Shown one piece after another: positions 37,735 through 52,398 of a stretch of DNA of 64,000 bases. The notes beneath the pieces are model-generated. The model did no database searches and was not told the origin of the DNA. It saw only the letters and a list, made by a program, of their open reading frames with translations. The translations under genes were made by a program, and so were the position numbers. The stretch comes from Chiloscyllium plagiosum. Taxonomy: Eukaryota. Location of the stretch: the NCBI RefSeq assembly GCF_004010195.1, contig NC_057726.1, positions 19,459,321 to 19,523,320 of the forward strand. Reading direction: 5' to 3'. Within the stretch, counting starts at the first letter, position 1. The number at the start of each line of letters is the position of its first letter.

Positions 37735-40300
37735 TCACCTATTAAGACTGGCAGCTTAGTGTTCCAGGATACAAATGCTACAGGAAGGATAGAAGGGAGG
37801 CGAGAGAGGAGGGGGAGTGGCATTTTTGATAAGGGATAGCGGCATTTTTGATAAGGGATAGCATTACAACTGTACGGAGGGAGGATATTCCTGGAAATAT
37901 ATCCAGGGAAGTTATTTGGGTAGAACTGAGAAATAAGAAAGGGATGATCACCTTATTGGGATTGTATTATAGACTCCCCAATAGTCAGAGGGAAATTGAG
38001 AAACAAACTTGTAAGGAGATCTCAGCTATCTGTAAGAATAATAGGGTAGTTATGGTAGGGGATTTTAACTTTCCAAACATCGACTGGGACTGCCATAGTG
38101 TTAAAGGCTGAGATGGAGAGGAATTTCTGAAGTGTGTGCAAGACAACTTTCTGATTCAGTATGTGGATGTACCTACTAAAGAAGGTGCAAAACTTGACCT
38201 ACTCTTGGGAAATAAGTCAGGGCAGGTGACTGAGGTGTCAGTGCGGGAGCACTTTGGGGCCAGCGACCATAATTCTATTCGTTTTAAAATAGTGATGGAA
38301 AGGATAGACCAGATCTAAAAGTTGAAGTTTTAAATTGGAGAAAGGCCAATTTTGACGGTATTAGGCAAGAACTTTCAAAAGCTGATTGGGAGCAGATGTA
38401 CGCAGGTAAAGGGACGGCTAGAAAATGGGGAGCCCTCAGAAATGAGATAACAAGAATCCAGAGAAAGTATATTCCTGTCAGGGTGAAAGGAAAGGCTGGT
38501 AGGTATAGGGAATGCTGGATGACTAAAGAAATTGAGGGTTAAGAGAAAGGAAGCATATGTCAGGTATAGACAGAATAGATAGAGTGAATCCTTAGAAGTG
38601 TATAAAGAAAGTAGGAGTGTAATTAAGAGGGAAATTAGGAGGGCAAAACAGGGACATGAGATAGCTTTGGCAAATACAATTAAGGAGAATCCAAAGGATT
38701 GTTACAAATATATTAAGGACAAAAGGGTAACTAGGGAGAGAATAGGGCCCCTCAAAGATCAGCAAGGCGGCCTTTGTATGAAGCCACAGAAAATGGGGGA
38801 AGAGACTAAATGAATATTTTGCATCAGTATTTACTGTGGAAAAGGATATGGAAGATATAGACTGTAGGGAAATAAATGGTGACATCTTGCAAAATGTCCA
38901 GAATACAGAGGAGGAAGTGCTGGATGTCCTGAAATGGCTAAAAGTGGATAACTCCCCAGGACATGATCAGGTGTACCCGAGAGCTCTGTGGGAAGCTAGC
39001 GAAGTGATTGCTGGGCCTCTTGCTGAGATATTTGTATCAATAGTCACAGGTAAGGTGTCGGAAGACTGGAGGTTGGCAAACGTGGTGCCACTGTTTAAGA
39101 ACGGGGGTAAAGACAAGCCAGGGAACTATAGACCGGTGATCTTGACTTCGGTGGTGGGCAAGTTGTTGGAGGGAATCCTGAGGGACAGGATGTACATGTA
39201 TTTGGAAAGGCAAGGACTGATTAAGGATAGTCAACATGGCTTTGTGCGTGGTAAACCATGTCTCACAAACTTGATTGAGTTTTTGAAGAAGTAACAAAGA
39301 AGATTGATGAGGGCAGAGCAGTAGATGTGATCTATATGGACTTCACTAAGGCGTTCGACAAGGTTCCCCATGGGACACTGATTAGCAAGGTTAGATCTCA
39401 TGGAACACAGGGAGAACTAGCCATTTGGATACAAAACTGGCTCAAAGGTAGAAGACAGAGGGTGGTGGTGGAGGGTTGTTTTTCAGACTGGAGGCCTGTG
39501 ACCAGTGGAGTGCCACAAGGATCGGTGCTGGGTCCTCTACTTTCTTGTCATTTACTTAAATTATTTGGATGCAAGCATAAGAGGTACAGTTAGTAAGTTT
39601 GCAGATGACACCAAAATTAGAGGTGTAGTGGACAGCAAAGATAGTGAAGGCAGCGTTTGGTATGCTTTCCTTTATTGGTCAGAGTATTGAGTACAGAAGT
39701 TTGGAGGCCATGTTTCAGTTGTACAGGACATTGGTTAGGCCACTGTTGGAATATTGCGTGCAATTCTGGTTTGGTATGCTTTCCTTTATTGGTCAGAGTA
39801 TTGAGTACAGAAGTTGGGAGGCCATGTTTCGGTTGTACAGGACATTGGTTAGGCCACTGTTGGAATATTGCGTGCAATTCTGGTCTCCTTCCTATCGGAA
39901 GGATGTTATGAAACTTGAAAGTGTTTAGAAAAGATTTACAAGGATGTTGCCAGGGAGAGGCTGAACAGGCTAGGGCTGTTTTCCCTGGAGCGTCGGAGGC
40001 TGAGGGGTTATAAAGGTTTACAAAATTGAGGAGCATAGATAGGGTAAATAGACAAAGACTTTTCCCTGGGATCGGGGAGTCCAGAACTAGAAGCCATAGG
40101 TTTAGGGTGAGAGGGGAAAGATATAAAAGAGATCTAAGGGGCAACTTTTTCACGCAGAGGGTGGTACGTANNNNNNNNNGTTTGGAGGGATATGGGCCGG
40201 GTGCTGGCATGTGGGACTAGATTGGGTTGGGATATTTGGTCGATATGGACAGGTTGGACCGAAGGGTCTGTTTCCATGCTGTACATCTCTGTGACTCTAT
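37735..40300 (+). mobile_element. CR1/HER1 LINE, 5'-truncated ORF2 (APE endonuclease plus RT) with 3' tail; disrupted
   Basis: ORF fragments GLYYR..VMVGDFNFPNIDW, LDLLLGN..SDHN, PGNYRPV.LTSVVGK, YMDFTKAFDKVPH, SGVPQGSVLGP and KFADDTK. Contains frameshifts, a deletion, an internal duplication and an N gap near 40171-40179; tail ..ctctgtgactcta. Confidence 0.95.
39655..39883 (+). repeat. 114-bp tandem duplication inside the CR1
   Basis: The 38-aa block FGMLSFIGQSIEYRS..LLEYCVQFW appears twice in ORF 39644-39928. Confidence 0.93.
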
Positions 40301-43300
40301 ATTTACTGACCTGTTAAGTATTCCCAGCATTGTATCATTTTATTAACAAAAAAAAAACACAATCACTCTAAGGAATACATTTAGAGGAAACATTACACAG
40401 CTAAAGTTATATTCCATGGAATGTATAAGGATGAGAGTTGAGTTTTCCAAATATTAAAAAGTAACACAAAGTAAAGAGAGTCTATGTCTGCTGTTTGGCA
40501 GTCAAACTTAGGCATAGGTGAAAAACTGGAGCCAGGTTTTAAAGATTGAATGACAAAACAAAAGGCCTGTTCTATGCTGTATTCTATTTTCTATGTAAAA
40601 CAAAAAGTTAGTTTAAAATTATCCTCCACAAATAGGGTTTGATGGTATTTTAACTCGAGTTTAAATTTGAGTTGGATATATTACAATAAATATAATTTTA
40701 AGCATTGTGACCTCCTTCTGCCTCTTAGAATCCAGGCAATTAATAAATATTGAAGCAAGCAACATGCCCAAAGGTTACTCCACCCAGGGGGAAAACAAGA
40801 AAAATTACATTACTGTACAGTGCCCTGCAGTCTGAAAAAGAACTGTTCACTATTTTGCTTCCTGCCTCTCAGCCAATTTCATAGCCCTGCAGCCACTGTC
40901 TTTCTAATCCCATGGGTTCTCTTTTAAGGTGTAAAAATGCAAGGATCAACAATGCAACATATTTCAACAGCAAACTAAAGCCAAAGGATTCTTGATAGAG
41001 GGATGATCTACCCAAAAAGACTCCAGACATGGCTTACTAAATATATTGATATTTCTTAATAAGTAAACTACCCAAAAACTGGCATTGCCTCGATTTAATT
41101 CAATTCCTTGCTTGTTGATTTAATCCTACGAACAAAGTTCAACTTTGCAGTCCATGTAATAAACCACCAACAACATAGATGCCAATATAAAGATTACAGA
41201 TGGGCAGGATTTGCCTAACAGATTTGCCTAACTAAAAGTTAAGCTTCTCACTTGATCTTGAGAAATGGGAAAGCTATTTGAACAGATTTTAAGTCACTTC
41301 ATACAGGGCTGATAAATTGCTACACTGATCAGTAAAATGAATGCAATCAAGATGACAAACTTGCATACAGATAGCGCACAGGGAGAATTATGAGGTTTTA
41401 GTTATAACAGAAAACAGGAGGTATCCAAAACTCCACTGCAATGACCAAAGTTCTAGCAGTGGTATAAATTACCTTAGGATGAAAGAGAACTGCATCAAGC
41501 AATCCACAAGAGAAACTGTTAAAAAGCATCATAATGAAAACTTCATGAAAACAAATCACAAAACTTGGACGAGAAATTAAACTGGCTGGGCTTTGAATCT
41601 ATTTGTCAGCTATTATATGTCAGTGAGTCGTGATCCTGTCGTAAATATACACTGCCTTGGTTCTCTGGAGTTAGACCAGAGTGCAATCTTTTACCTTGAT
41701 TCTGCACAGAAACATAAATGGTCAAGTGATGCAGAGTAGCCTGCAACACCCAGAAATGTAAAAATAAAAGGTTTGTTTGGTTTGATTGATGAGTGACAAA
41801 ATGAGGAGTTCCTACTGAAGATAGGAAGTTTAGCACCATGAAACTTTCAACATTTATGTACAAGCAGGAAAATGAGAAAAATGCCCAAAGGTGCTTCACT
41901 GTGGTGGAAAAAAATTGCTCCAGCAAAACTATCGGGAGTTGTGACAATAGGCTGGTCGAAACCTATTGAGGAAGAACTTAAAGAAAGAGACAAGGAGATA
42001 ATCTGTGAAATGTCAGCAACTAAAAATTTTAAGAATCGAGATAATGCAATTAAGATTCATTGCACATTAAAATTTTAATTTTGAATAGATCAGCCTCCAT
42101 TTCTTCTGTTTACCTGAGGGGCAAGTACTTAAACTTCATGTGATGAATGCTGTCCCTCAGTGGAAAACAAATGCAGCAAAACTTCTGGAGGAGTGGGAAA
42201 CAAGACAATTAACAGATTTACATGGTTTACTGTGTATATTTAGAGACCAGAAGCTGCTGAGAGATTTACACCTTTGTGGTCAACAATGATGATGTCACCA
42301 TTATTCTAAATTCAATTGCATGACACAAGTTAGTCAATGCATTTCTGGTGAATCTTACTTGCATCATTGAAATTAACAGTTTCAGTTCAGGTACTGCTGA
42401 AAATATAAACATTTTGATGAAGCTTTCCATCTTTCACATCAGGACAGGATTGCAAAAATGCAAGATTCTAATGGGAATAACAATTTATACTGCATGAGAA
42501 GAGGGTGCTGATTGGAAGGCAAGTAGACTCTGACTGGTAGAGGCTTTTCCACAGGGATGCACCAGGGAACAGTTAATTGCTAAGTGTTTGTTTAAATTCA
42601 AACCAGACAACTTGACTGACTCAACAACATTGCCATGAGGAATACACTAGGGTGGATGATCCGCTTGTGTTTAAGTTGAAAAGGCACATGTTCCTTGTTC
42701 ACAAAGATAGGGTCCACTGGGCGAATACAGGGAGTTCTTAGCATATGTGAATCACATTGTGAGCCCAACTGAATGCCAATGGACAGTTATTGTATCTCAG
42801 CTTAGTCACAAAGATTCATCTGGCTGTACAAGACTCAAAATGAGAATTCATATGCTACTTCATCTCCTGGCATATTAGTAAACTCAAGTCTAAATAAAAA
42901 CAGATGAAGGAACTAGACAATTATAAAATTAAGACTTCTGGAAAAACACATTCACCTTATTTTAATTCAGTTCAAATTTGTTGCTTGCTTGGTTTCCAGG
43001 GCTGTATAGCCAAATCAAACATTGTCCCAAGAACTGAAATGCAATTCTGTCAGTTTTATGAATGAAGTTCATATAGTGCCACTAAATAATTATGCACCAT
43101 GTACAAACTGGCAGCTGCTCCTCAGACTGTGTTTAACTTCACCTCAATCTGCCAAACTAAAGCAAACAAATGCATAAAAACAAACAATTTCTCCCCCAAG
43201 TGACCCATCTGCTGCATGCCACTGGGCTGCTAAAATTACTTAAGTAAATCATTGCTGAGGTGCAATTGGTTTTGTGGTACTGAACTGGTTCTAACTGTGA

Positions 43301-43789
43301 TTTGAAGCTTTATCAGCCGTCTCCCCAAATGGGAAAGTTTTGTAAATTCCTTGTCAATAGATGGAGTCCATCTGGTAATATAATGCATTGCTTTGAGCAA
43401 CTTGATAAAACCAGTTCTAACTAATAACGGTACTAATCTGCTATTTTTAGGCATTTTGCTCAGGTCAAAAATCAGAAAATGGGAACGGTATCAAGTTAAT
43501 GGGGGGAAAAAAAAATCATACTTTAAAGTTATCTTAGGTACAACTTTGAATATTATTCAATCTTCAGGTTTGATATTAACCACACACTTTAACCAAGAAA
43601 TGGTTAAAAAACGTTATAACTGAATTTATTGTAACATATGCAGGATTAAAACTTCAAATAGCAAGCAACAGATACTGTGCAAATATGGAACCATTTTTGC
43701 CATTTTGATAAATAAAGCATATTACATAAATGAATATTCAAATAGAATATGGGGCAAACTTCTTGGTTAAACAGATTACACGTTGCAAT

Positions 43790-45495
43790 ATTTCATAGTA
43801 ATAGACTTTTATTCAAGGTAGTTTCATCTGCAAGACAACAAATTAACTCAAGATCAAGTTCACAGAATCTAAAAGCAAATCATTTGGTTACCACGTATGT
43901 ATAGTTCTTAAAAAGCTCTGAAAATATCTCACATTAAAATGTCAGCCATGTTTGGTCATTTAAGAAAGAACTTAAAAGGTACTGGGGAAAGTCTTTAATT
44001 AGGGAATGCACAAGTTAAGGATTAAAAAGATTGGGAAAATAAGTCTTTGAATGCATGAACTAAACAGATCAAGCAAAAATTGCAGATAGCTGTCTATCAA
44101 TCCCTGGCAACCAAACATGGAAAGAAGTTTTTAAAAAAAGAGACTAAATCCCCAGCACCAGCTACCCTCCATCCCAACAGAAACCGGTATCCTCAAACCA
44201 ATAACTAAAAACATTTGCCACAGCCTAATGGGTTGAGACACATTTCTTACGGCAGTAGTAAGAACTCAGTTCATTAAAGTTCAGGTGCACTTTAATTCAA
44301 ACTGTTAGCTGACAAAAGTATGGCAATGATGAGGACTTTTGATGAGGTTACTACTAGCTTATTGAACAGGTGGTAACATTTAATTGACCCAAACAAGCAA
44401 CCAATTCCACTGGTATGGGAATAAGTTGGCAAGATCTCAAAAATGGCTGTGTGGCGATCAATAGTGGAATGAGTTGTCAGTTAACTGCAAGTTTGTAAGA
44501 ATGTTATAATTAGCAAAAAAGCATTTAATTACAGTAAAGTTTCACAGGGAAGTTTTAGTTACAGTCCAATTAAGGTTGCGTAAACAATATCAAAAGGTGA
44601 TTTGTCTAAATGTTTTTGAATGGGTAACTATCTTGAAATTCTAGAACTGCAGAGGGTTTTAAATTTTTTTTTAACCATTTTCTGGTACCAATACTGGGAA
44701 AGCTGAAACAGACTGTTCAAGTCAACTTTCTTTGCACCATTGTGATCTTGCATCCAATTCACGCCCAAACAGTTATTTAAAGAGCTTGAAATGAATTTAT
44801 TAACTGATGGGTGATAAACTCAATTTTCTCTAAATATCACTAAATTGTTTACAGCTCCATTTCAACAATGAGAGAAGAGCAAAACCACAAAGTAAACAAA
44901 GCCAGACTGAACCATTAATGGAATTATATCAATCATCTTTTCTTTTTATATCAAGTTTCAATTGTGTACACAGAAGCATAATTGCAATCAGAAGTCTTAG
45001 TAGCTGCATTAAGGTTACAATCACCCATCTACACAGTCTCAATATTTCAACCTCAAATGTGGATTTGCATGTTATTTTGTAACGTGCAGTTTTAAGCATT
45101 TTCATTAAGCTTTTTTTAAAAAACTGTCAGCATTCTACTGCTGCTCAACACCCAGTAATCACACACGCAAGTTTTTCTCATTAAAACACCAAAGCATTCA
45201 GTACAATGGAACACTTATCCCTCCCCCAAAACCATGGGCTCAAGTGTTACCTATTATCAAAAGCAAAAACATTAGCAACTGATTTGTATGAAGTTAAAAC
45301 GTTATGAAAGATGTCACATAGACGTAAATCTACAAGATTTGCTGCTGGTGCACATCCCCAGGTTTTTCCCCATTTAAACTTTAATCTGAAGTTACTGAGA
45401 GTGGATTTGAAAAATTGTAATGAGGGAGGGAAGGGTTTATCTGACAGTTGGTGCTCTGAAAGGGTGAGATGCTAGAGCAACAGTACAGTGACAGT
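43790..45495 (-). other. USP10: USP10 3' UTR (about 1.7 kb; end inferred)
   Basis: Repeat-free, U-rich (minus strand) sequence downstream of the stop codon, ending near an AATAAA. Confidence 0.6.
43808..43813 (-). terminator. Candidate USP10 polyadenylation signal AATAAA (alternatives at 43625-43630 and 44796-44801)
   Basis: tttatt on the + strand downstream of the USP10 stop. Confidence 0.5.
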
Positions 45496-45683
45496 TCACA
45501 GCAGATCAACTCGGCGATAGTACAGGAGGTAGGCTGTACGTTCAGCAGAGGGCTTCACAACGTGGTATTGATTTATCACTTTCACTATCTGGTCATCAAT
45601 GCGCAGCCAGCCGTTAAGACCAATATGGAAGACATCTGTAGTGTAATGTCCACCAGTTGCACTGTTTCCATGGTGATAGACAA
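45496..45683 (-). CDS. USP10: USP10 terminal coding exon (188 nt including the stop): His-box of the USP catalytic domain
   Basis: ctttctcttttcag|(V)[61 protein letters not shown]; this is the recognisable USP10 C-terminus with the catalytic His (GHY). Confidence 0.97.
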
Positions 45684-47071
45684 CTGAAAAGAGAAAGGAA
45701 AATGTTGTGGGACAATGAAAAGAAATAGGATCTTTCAAAACTGACATGCTATAGTCAATAACAGTCAACATTCTGAACAGATTTTTTATAATCAGTTTTA
45801 TAAATACAAATAGATATTATATATATATATATATTTTACAAAGTATAGTATTACCATACTTCAAGTTTTTTCTTCAGTTATGATAAAATCACAAAGACAA
45901 GAAAAATCTTCTAGCAAATTTAGCTGGTGCTTCCATAGAGAGACCTACAGTTCAATCCCAATTCTGGATCAGTAACTTATAGTTTCACCTTAGGTAACAC
46001 TTTTATGAATGGCTTGAGTGGCGGATTTATGAACTTTATCACTATTCTATTTCTGTTATGATAATCAATCAGGTACTTCAAAGCAAGGCAATTTCTTGCA
46101 ACCTAGATATTTTGGGTCAATCTGTTCAGACACATTACGATGCATGCCTACAGAGGATGGGACTTGAACCCAAGCCTACTGGCTCAGAGGTCTACACCCT
46201 ACAACTACACCCTAACAGCCTTCCTGTTCTTGGGCAAATCTGTGATTTTAGTGCATAATAGTTGATAGTCTAGAAATAGTGTCACTGAAATCAGCATTTC
46301 ACTCCTCCTCAAATGCATCTTTCTATCAGCAAACTGCGCAAGACTGCCTTAAAGTTAAGTTTTTGCACACTCTTCCACAACTTCTTGAATTTAAACATAA
46401 GACAAAAACTACCATATCCAGTCAAACATCTAAGGATTATAGAACAGAAGTCTTGTAGCAGCATCCAGAGAGGAGAGTGGGTGCGTGGGGGGGGAGGGGG
46501 GGGGGGGGAGGTGAATCCGCTCCCCTCTTTTTAATCATCTGTGCAAGATAAGTAGGGGCGTGGAGGGGGAAGGTGGCTGATTGAGTAGGGGGTGATAATG
46601 ATAGGTCAGAGGAGTGTAGAACGGATAGGTGGGAATGAAGGTGAACAGATAAGATACTGCCACGTTGGAGGGTTGAATCTGGGATGAGTGGGGGGAGATG
46701 AGGAAACTGGTAAAGTCACCTTCAAGCAGCTTTACAGCATTGTGCCCAAAGTTCTAGCACCACGACTGTGCCAAGTCTAGATGGGCAGCAGGCAGTCACT
46801 TCAGGTTATTTGATTAAAATGTAAAAATGCCAAAAGCTATAACATATGTCTTTTTTTTTTAAATCCTCCATATGCCCGTTGATTACATTTGATTATAATT
46901 TTATTAGTCTCTGGCTAAAAATATTTGTTCCTTTGCGATTTGAAAGCATCAGATATCAATTAAACGACTATATGTTGCATGTATAAAGTACTATTTTTCT
47001 CTTTCCCAGTAGGTGTTTGCACTTCAAGGAAACTATGGTTCTAAAAACTGAAATAAATGTAGATGCTTTAA

Positions 47072-47240
47072 ATCAGAAACAGAAGTTGCTCGAAAAGCTC
47101 AGCAGGTTGGCAGCATCTGTGAAGAAAAATCAGAGTTAATGTTTTGGGTCCGGTGACCATTCCTCAGTTCACCAGACATGAAACATTAACTGTGATTTCT
47201 CTTCTCAGATGCTACCAGATCGGCTGAGCTCTTCCAACTA
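47072..47240. mobile_element. Palindromic Penelope-derived element (family D)
   Basis: gctcagcagg..gcagcatctg..gagttaatgtttt arm and its inverse; related single arms at about 24260-24360, 25995-26085, 28630-28705 and 35365-35475. Confidence 0.7.
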
Positions 47241-48589
47241 TGGTCCTAACATCTGTTGTACAGAAACATCCGTTGTACAGAAACATCCACAGTGGATGAG
47301 TGTAAAAGTTAAATAAAAGCATCTGCAAGAATTGTTTGTTGCCAGCAGGACCACGATCAGGTACTTCAAAAGAAACTGCATTTTTCTGTGCTTCAGAATA
47401 CAAATCCATGAAGAGGCTGCAGTAGTAAATTGTAAAGTTGGGGTAAACTAACGCTGACCAGGTTGCATTTCACCCAGCAAGCAGTGTTACTGGCCTTAAA
47501 CAAAATAATTATATTTACCTACATCTTAATCCATCTTCAGGATGATTTAAAGTGATTCAGTGATTTACTTTTCACAAAGGTAAGTAATAAAGGTAAACAC
47601 AATAACCAACTGATAAACGTATTCAAATAAATCAAGTTACATGATCTACTAAACTGTTTCTCTCATGTGCAATTTGAAGCAAAAACAAATTAATAACAGC
47701 TCATGCCCAATGTTCCCTGTAATATTTTTTCCCCATCTATGTGCAGAATGTGTACCAATATCAAGGTAATGCACAGATATGCATTCGCAGTGTAAACATG
47801 AAATCTATATTTGAGTTATCACAGGTGTGTAAAAATGAATGTACCCCAAGTAATGGATATGGCAAAATGCTAATCCACAAATCAAATTTAGTAAATCTCA
47901 ATTTTAAATTTACCATAGCACTATTTGAACTCATGACCCCTCTGTTTTAAATGCAGCATAATTATTAAACGACCATTCATTTTCATATCGTAGTTTGTAC
48001 TTTAGTCAGCTGACAAGTCAAATTAGTAGCGGTGGCGAAAGACAAGGATGTTATGTTTCAATTTGACAAGGTCAAAATTCAAACAGCTAAATAGGCTTGT
48101 TCATAAAATTGATAGCTGTAAAAGGCAACTTATTTCACTTCAGAGTGATTTCTTTACTTAAAAAGTGCTACGAGTAGTGAGAGGAAGATTGTTTAATTTC
48201 TTCACTTCAACAAATATAATCAGAGGTGAAGTGTCTCTAACTTTAAAGAGTTTTTTTGCACTGGACTATGAAAGTCAGAGACAGTTTCTATGTAAGTTAA
48301 ACGAACATTAAAGGAGAAAAACTACATCCAGGAACTGGCAAGGAGAGAACTGTGGTAAGAATGATTAAGAACAGTTGTTGAGGTAGCTTTTACAAAAGCA
48401 ATGACATTTATTTCACCTAAAATATTTTTATTTAATATTCATGGAGTTTAAATGTAATATAAAATTTCACAATTTTTAAACTAAACTGTCACTCAATGAC
48501 CAAAGTGAATTTTGTAGAGCTAGTATACGGAAATACGTAGTTTAAAACGCTCCATGAGACAACCTCACAACCTTTTCAATATTGTTTTG

Positions 48590-49435
48590 AGATCATAGAA
48601 TTCGAGGTTTACAAACAGGAGGACCTTCAACCCATTGTACCTATACTGGCTCCCAAAAGAGCTACCCAACAAGTTTCAATTCTCCAGCCCTACCTCCGTA
48701 GCTGTAATTTATCAAATTTCTTGAAACCATTTATGGAATCCATCTTCACCACTCTCCCAGGCAGCACAATCCAAATCCTAACTACCGAGTCTAAAAGTTT
48801 CTCCTCATTTCACTTGCTGACAATTTTGAAACTGTGATCCCTAGCAACTGACAAACCAACTAATAGAAACAGAACATCCTTCTTTATCCTGTAAAAACTG
48901 CTCATAATTTTGAACACCTCAATGAGGCCAGCTCTTAATCTTCTCTACTCCAAGGACAATAAGCCCAATTTCTCTAACCTTGCCTTGATTCAAAATTCCT
49001 TGTATCATTCTAAGCCTCGTTTGCATGCTCTCCACCGCTTTAATATCCTTCCTTAAATAAGGCACTGAACACAATACTCCAAATGTGATCTGACCAATGA
49101 CTTTTAGAGGTGTAGCATCACGTCCATGCTTTTACACTGTATACCTCTATTTATAAATCCATAAGTTTTCATTATAATTGTTTCAACTTGCCTGGTCACT
49201 TTCAAAAAATTATACAAGTGAACCCAAGATCCCTCTGCTCCTGTATGTCCCTCAAAGTTGTACATTGAGTCTGTATTGACTTTCCAAGTTTCTTATTAAA
49301 GAATGCATTACCTCATTTCTTCACATTGAAATTCATCTGCCAGGTGACTGCCCATTTGGCCAACTTGTCAATGCCCCTCTGAGACGCCTAGCATCATCCT
49401 CACTATTCACTCTTCTCCCTAGCTTAATATCAGGT
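48590..49435 (-). mobile_element. Old CR1 LINE 3' fragment
   Basis: Degenerate CR1 3' sequence (ctctactccaaggacaataagcc, cacattgaaattcatctgcc). Confidence 0.7.
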
Positions 49436-52398
49436 TTAGAAATCTAAACCTTCCCCAAATCCCTTTGAAAAGCAGAGTTCTTAAAGTGTCAAATGTCTTT
49501 GGGAGTCAATCTTCATTTAAAAGGTTCTACAGAACCAGCTGCAGCAGAATGACTAGGCAAGTGGTATTAAATGGCCCCAAAATCATGCTTCAAATTTCCC
49601 AAGGTCATTGCCTCCATCCCAAATATCTTGCTTAGTGAGCATTCTGGACAAGGAAGTGGTAAGCAGAAGTGTGGAGAGGCTGAGAGACTGGGACACCAAT
49701 GGGTCAAGCCAGAGGGAGACATGGAGAGTGAGAGGAGATTTGATGAAAATGCTACAGGATAGAAGAGTCCTAAAATGCTTTCAGATTCCAGGAACTGAAG
49801 AGTGAATTTTGACTCTGAATCCCACCTGACTAATGGCAGGCATGGCTTTCATCCATTAATTCCTGTCATGGGCATCTACCAGATCTTTGCTTGTGGGCTG
49901 GAGTGGCAGTACATTTTGTTCATCCACCATGGAATGCACAACTATTAGGGTTAAAAGCCCAGCATATTACAGGGCATTTGTTTGTGACCGACCTCACCAA
50001 CAACCCAGATTTGCTAAGTTAGACAGACTGGTCGTACATCAGTAGTAGATGTACGTTTCCTTTTAAAGTTGGTATACCAAGTTACACTCCTCAGAGAATT
50101 TAATGACAGCCAGAGCACTGGTCTTACACACATACAGACCAGTGCGCAGAGCAGAAACATCTTGTATTGCCAGATTTAAAGTCAGACACTTTAAACTTAT
50201 TTACTAAATATCGAGGTTGATTTCATTTTTTTTGTTAAGATTTAATATAGCATTAGATAACTTGAAAACCTGGCAATGTCTCATACCAATACGAGACTGT
50301 AATGAATCTTCTGCTAAATGGTGGCTAGAGACAGAATGTGAAAAGAATCATATCAGATATATCTAAAAGAAGAAAAGGCAGCTTGGTGGAATGACAATGC
50401 AGAGCGACCAATTTTAAGTTGCAATGGCAGCATGGTAACATGCTGCATTGGCTGGTATTGTCAGCATTTTACTTTCATGAACACCAAGGGCTGAAAATGT
50501 TAGGCAGCTGTGAAATCTCCAGTGAAAGACCCAGACAGACCACTGATTAACCCCAGAAGCCCTTAACCCTACTTATAAAGTCATGACGATTCCTAGCAAC
50601 CAGGGACTAAGACGATGCATGTACAGATTGAGTACTGTACTAAACCTCAGAGAAGTAAATAAAATTATGACAGACATGGATAGGATGGATAGCCAGAGTC
50701 TGTTTCCCAGGGTGAAAATATCAAATACTAACAGGTATAAGATTTAAAGTGAGAGGGGGCAACAGTTCAGAAGAAATGCGCATGGAAAGCTTTGTTTAAA
50801 GAGGGAAATAGATGCCTGGAGTGGTCACAGAAACAGAGATAAGAGCAATGTTTAAGAGGCACTTAGACAAAAACACATGAACAGACAGGAAGTAGAGGGA
50901 TACAGACCATGGGCAGACAAATGGGATTACTTTAGAATGGTATCGCGGTCAGCACAGACATGGTGAGCCTACTCTGTACTGGTCTATGTTCTGTACCTTA
51001 ATACTGTTCGTGTGAGATTGGAGAGTTCACCTTTTATCATTATATAAAATTGCCTTTTTATAAATAACTTTTTTTAAAAATGAAGATGAAATATAAATAC
51101 TTATATGATGCCAGGAAAGGCTAATAGATTTGTACTAAAATATATAATGTACTATTAGTGAAGGATGATGCATATGGAAGTTATATTTCAGCCAAATGCA
51201 AATTTATTAAGCAGGTTCAGTCTAGTTTGCAAATTTCTTTAGCCACTATATGAATAGATCACTTTGAAAATACCAGAATCACAATGAACTGTAAATTATT
51301 TCCCCCTTACCAACATACTGCTAAAACTGTACTGAAACAACTTTAAAATCATTTCATCAACTTTAAATAATTATTTCAACATTGCAAGGGATAATCCAAT
51401 TCAAAATTCATGTCCACAGTCAATACAAAGTGATATCAAGCTAAATAAGTGCCATGATTGATTTCTGCTCAGAATTAGCTGATTTCAGCCACTGCACTGG
51501 TACTAACGTTGGCCTCCTGACAGAGGGAATTGAAGCAAGATGACCTATTATAGATTTCTATCCAGTGATTTATATTAGAATGATGCAAGCGTACATAATG
51601 GACAGTGTATACTGTCAGAATATTATTCCATGCTACATGGTGCCTGAACTCATGCATACTGCATTCTTAACACTGAAATATGGACAGTTGCATCTTGGAA
51701 ATCACCCTAGCAGTTTCACCCAATTATAGGGCAAAGCAGTAAGCAAGTTAACTAAATTAAAACACTAGAATCGCTTGAAGCACCAGAGATTTAACACTTT
51801 TACAGTTTAAATTACTTTGCTATTAATTTATCTTACAGTATGACTAAGTTACAAGAGCATTCCAATCTAGAAACAATATTTTTTAAAGGTATTCCTTAAA
51901 ATTTTGACAGGCAAAAGGTAGACAAAAACAGTTACACTTAGAGCATACTCCAGCTTCCTTCTTTAATTGTGAATGATGGGGTAAAGTATCTCCTGGTGCT
52001 CTCAATGATTGTTAAAGCTGCATAATGCTTTGCTGAAAAATACTGGCAAAAATATATACTAACTACTTCCCCGCTTGTTCCCAGAATGAAACAGCCGATC
52101 CTACAAATATTAGGAATCTAGGCTCCACATAAAATAGAAAAACTCAGAAATCATGACTGACTAAGAATTATGAAAGCTCCATAACTAGATATCATGTTCC
52201 TAGTAATCACTTAACATTTTACACTTGCCATCAAGTGTGCACATGGCTTTTAATTTAATCTGTGAAATAAAAAATTCTCATATATGCTTTGAACTTCAAA
52301 TTGCATCCTCCTAAAAAGACATTTATCATTCCAATCCAGCATAAAGCTTTCATTCTGCTGTTCAGTTTTGCCTTCCCACGTACAATCTAAAATAGGAC

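Noticed and set aside
37735-40300. Potentially active LINE
   Set aside because: 5'-truncated, with multiple frameshifts and stops, a deletion and a gap.
47255-47288. 17-bp tandem duplication (similar small ones near 41208 and 15245)
   Set aside because: Ordinary slippage duplications with only two copies.
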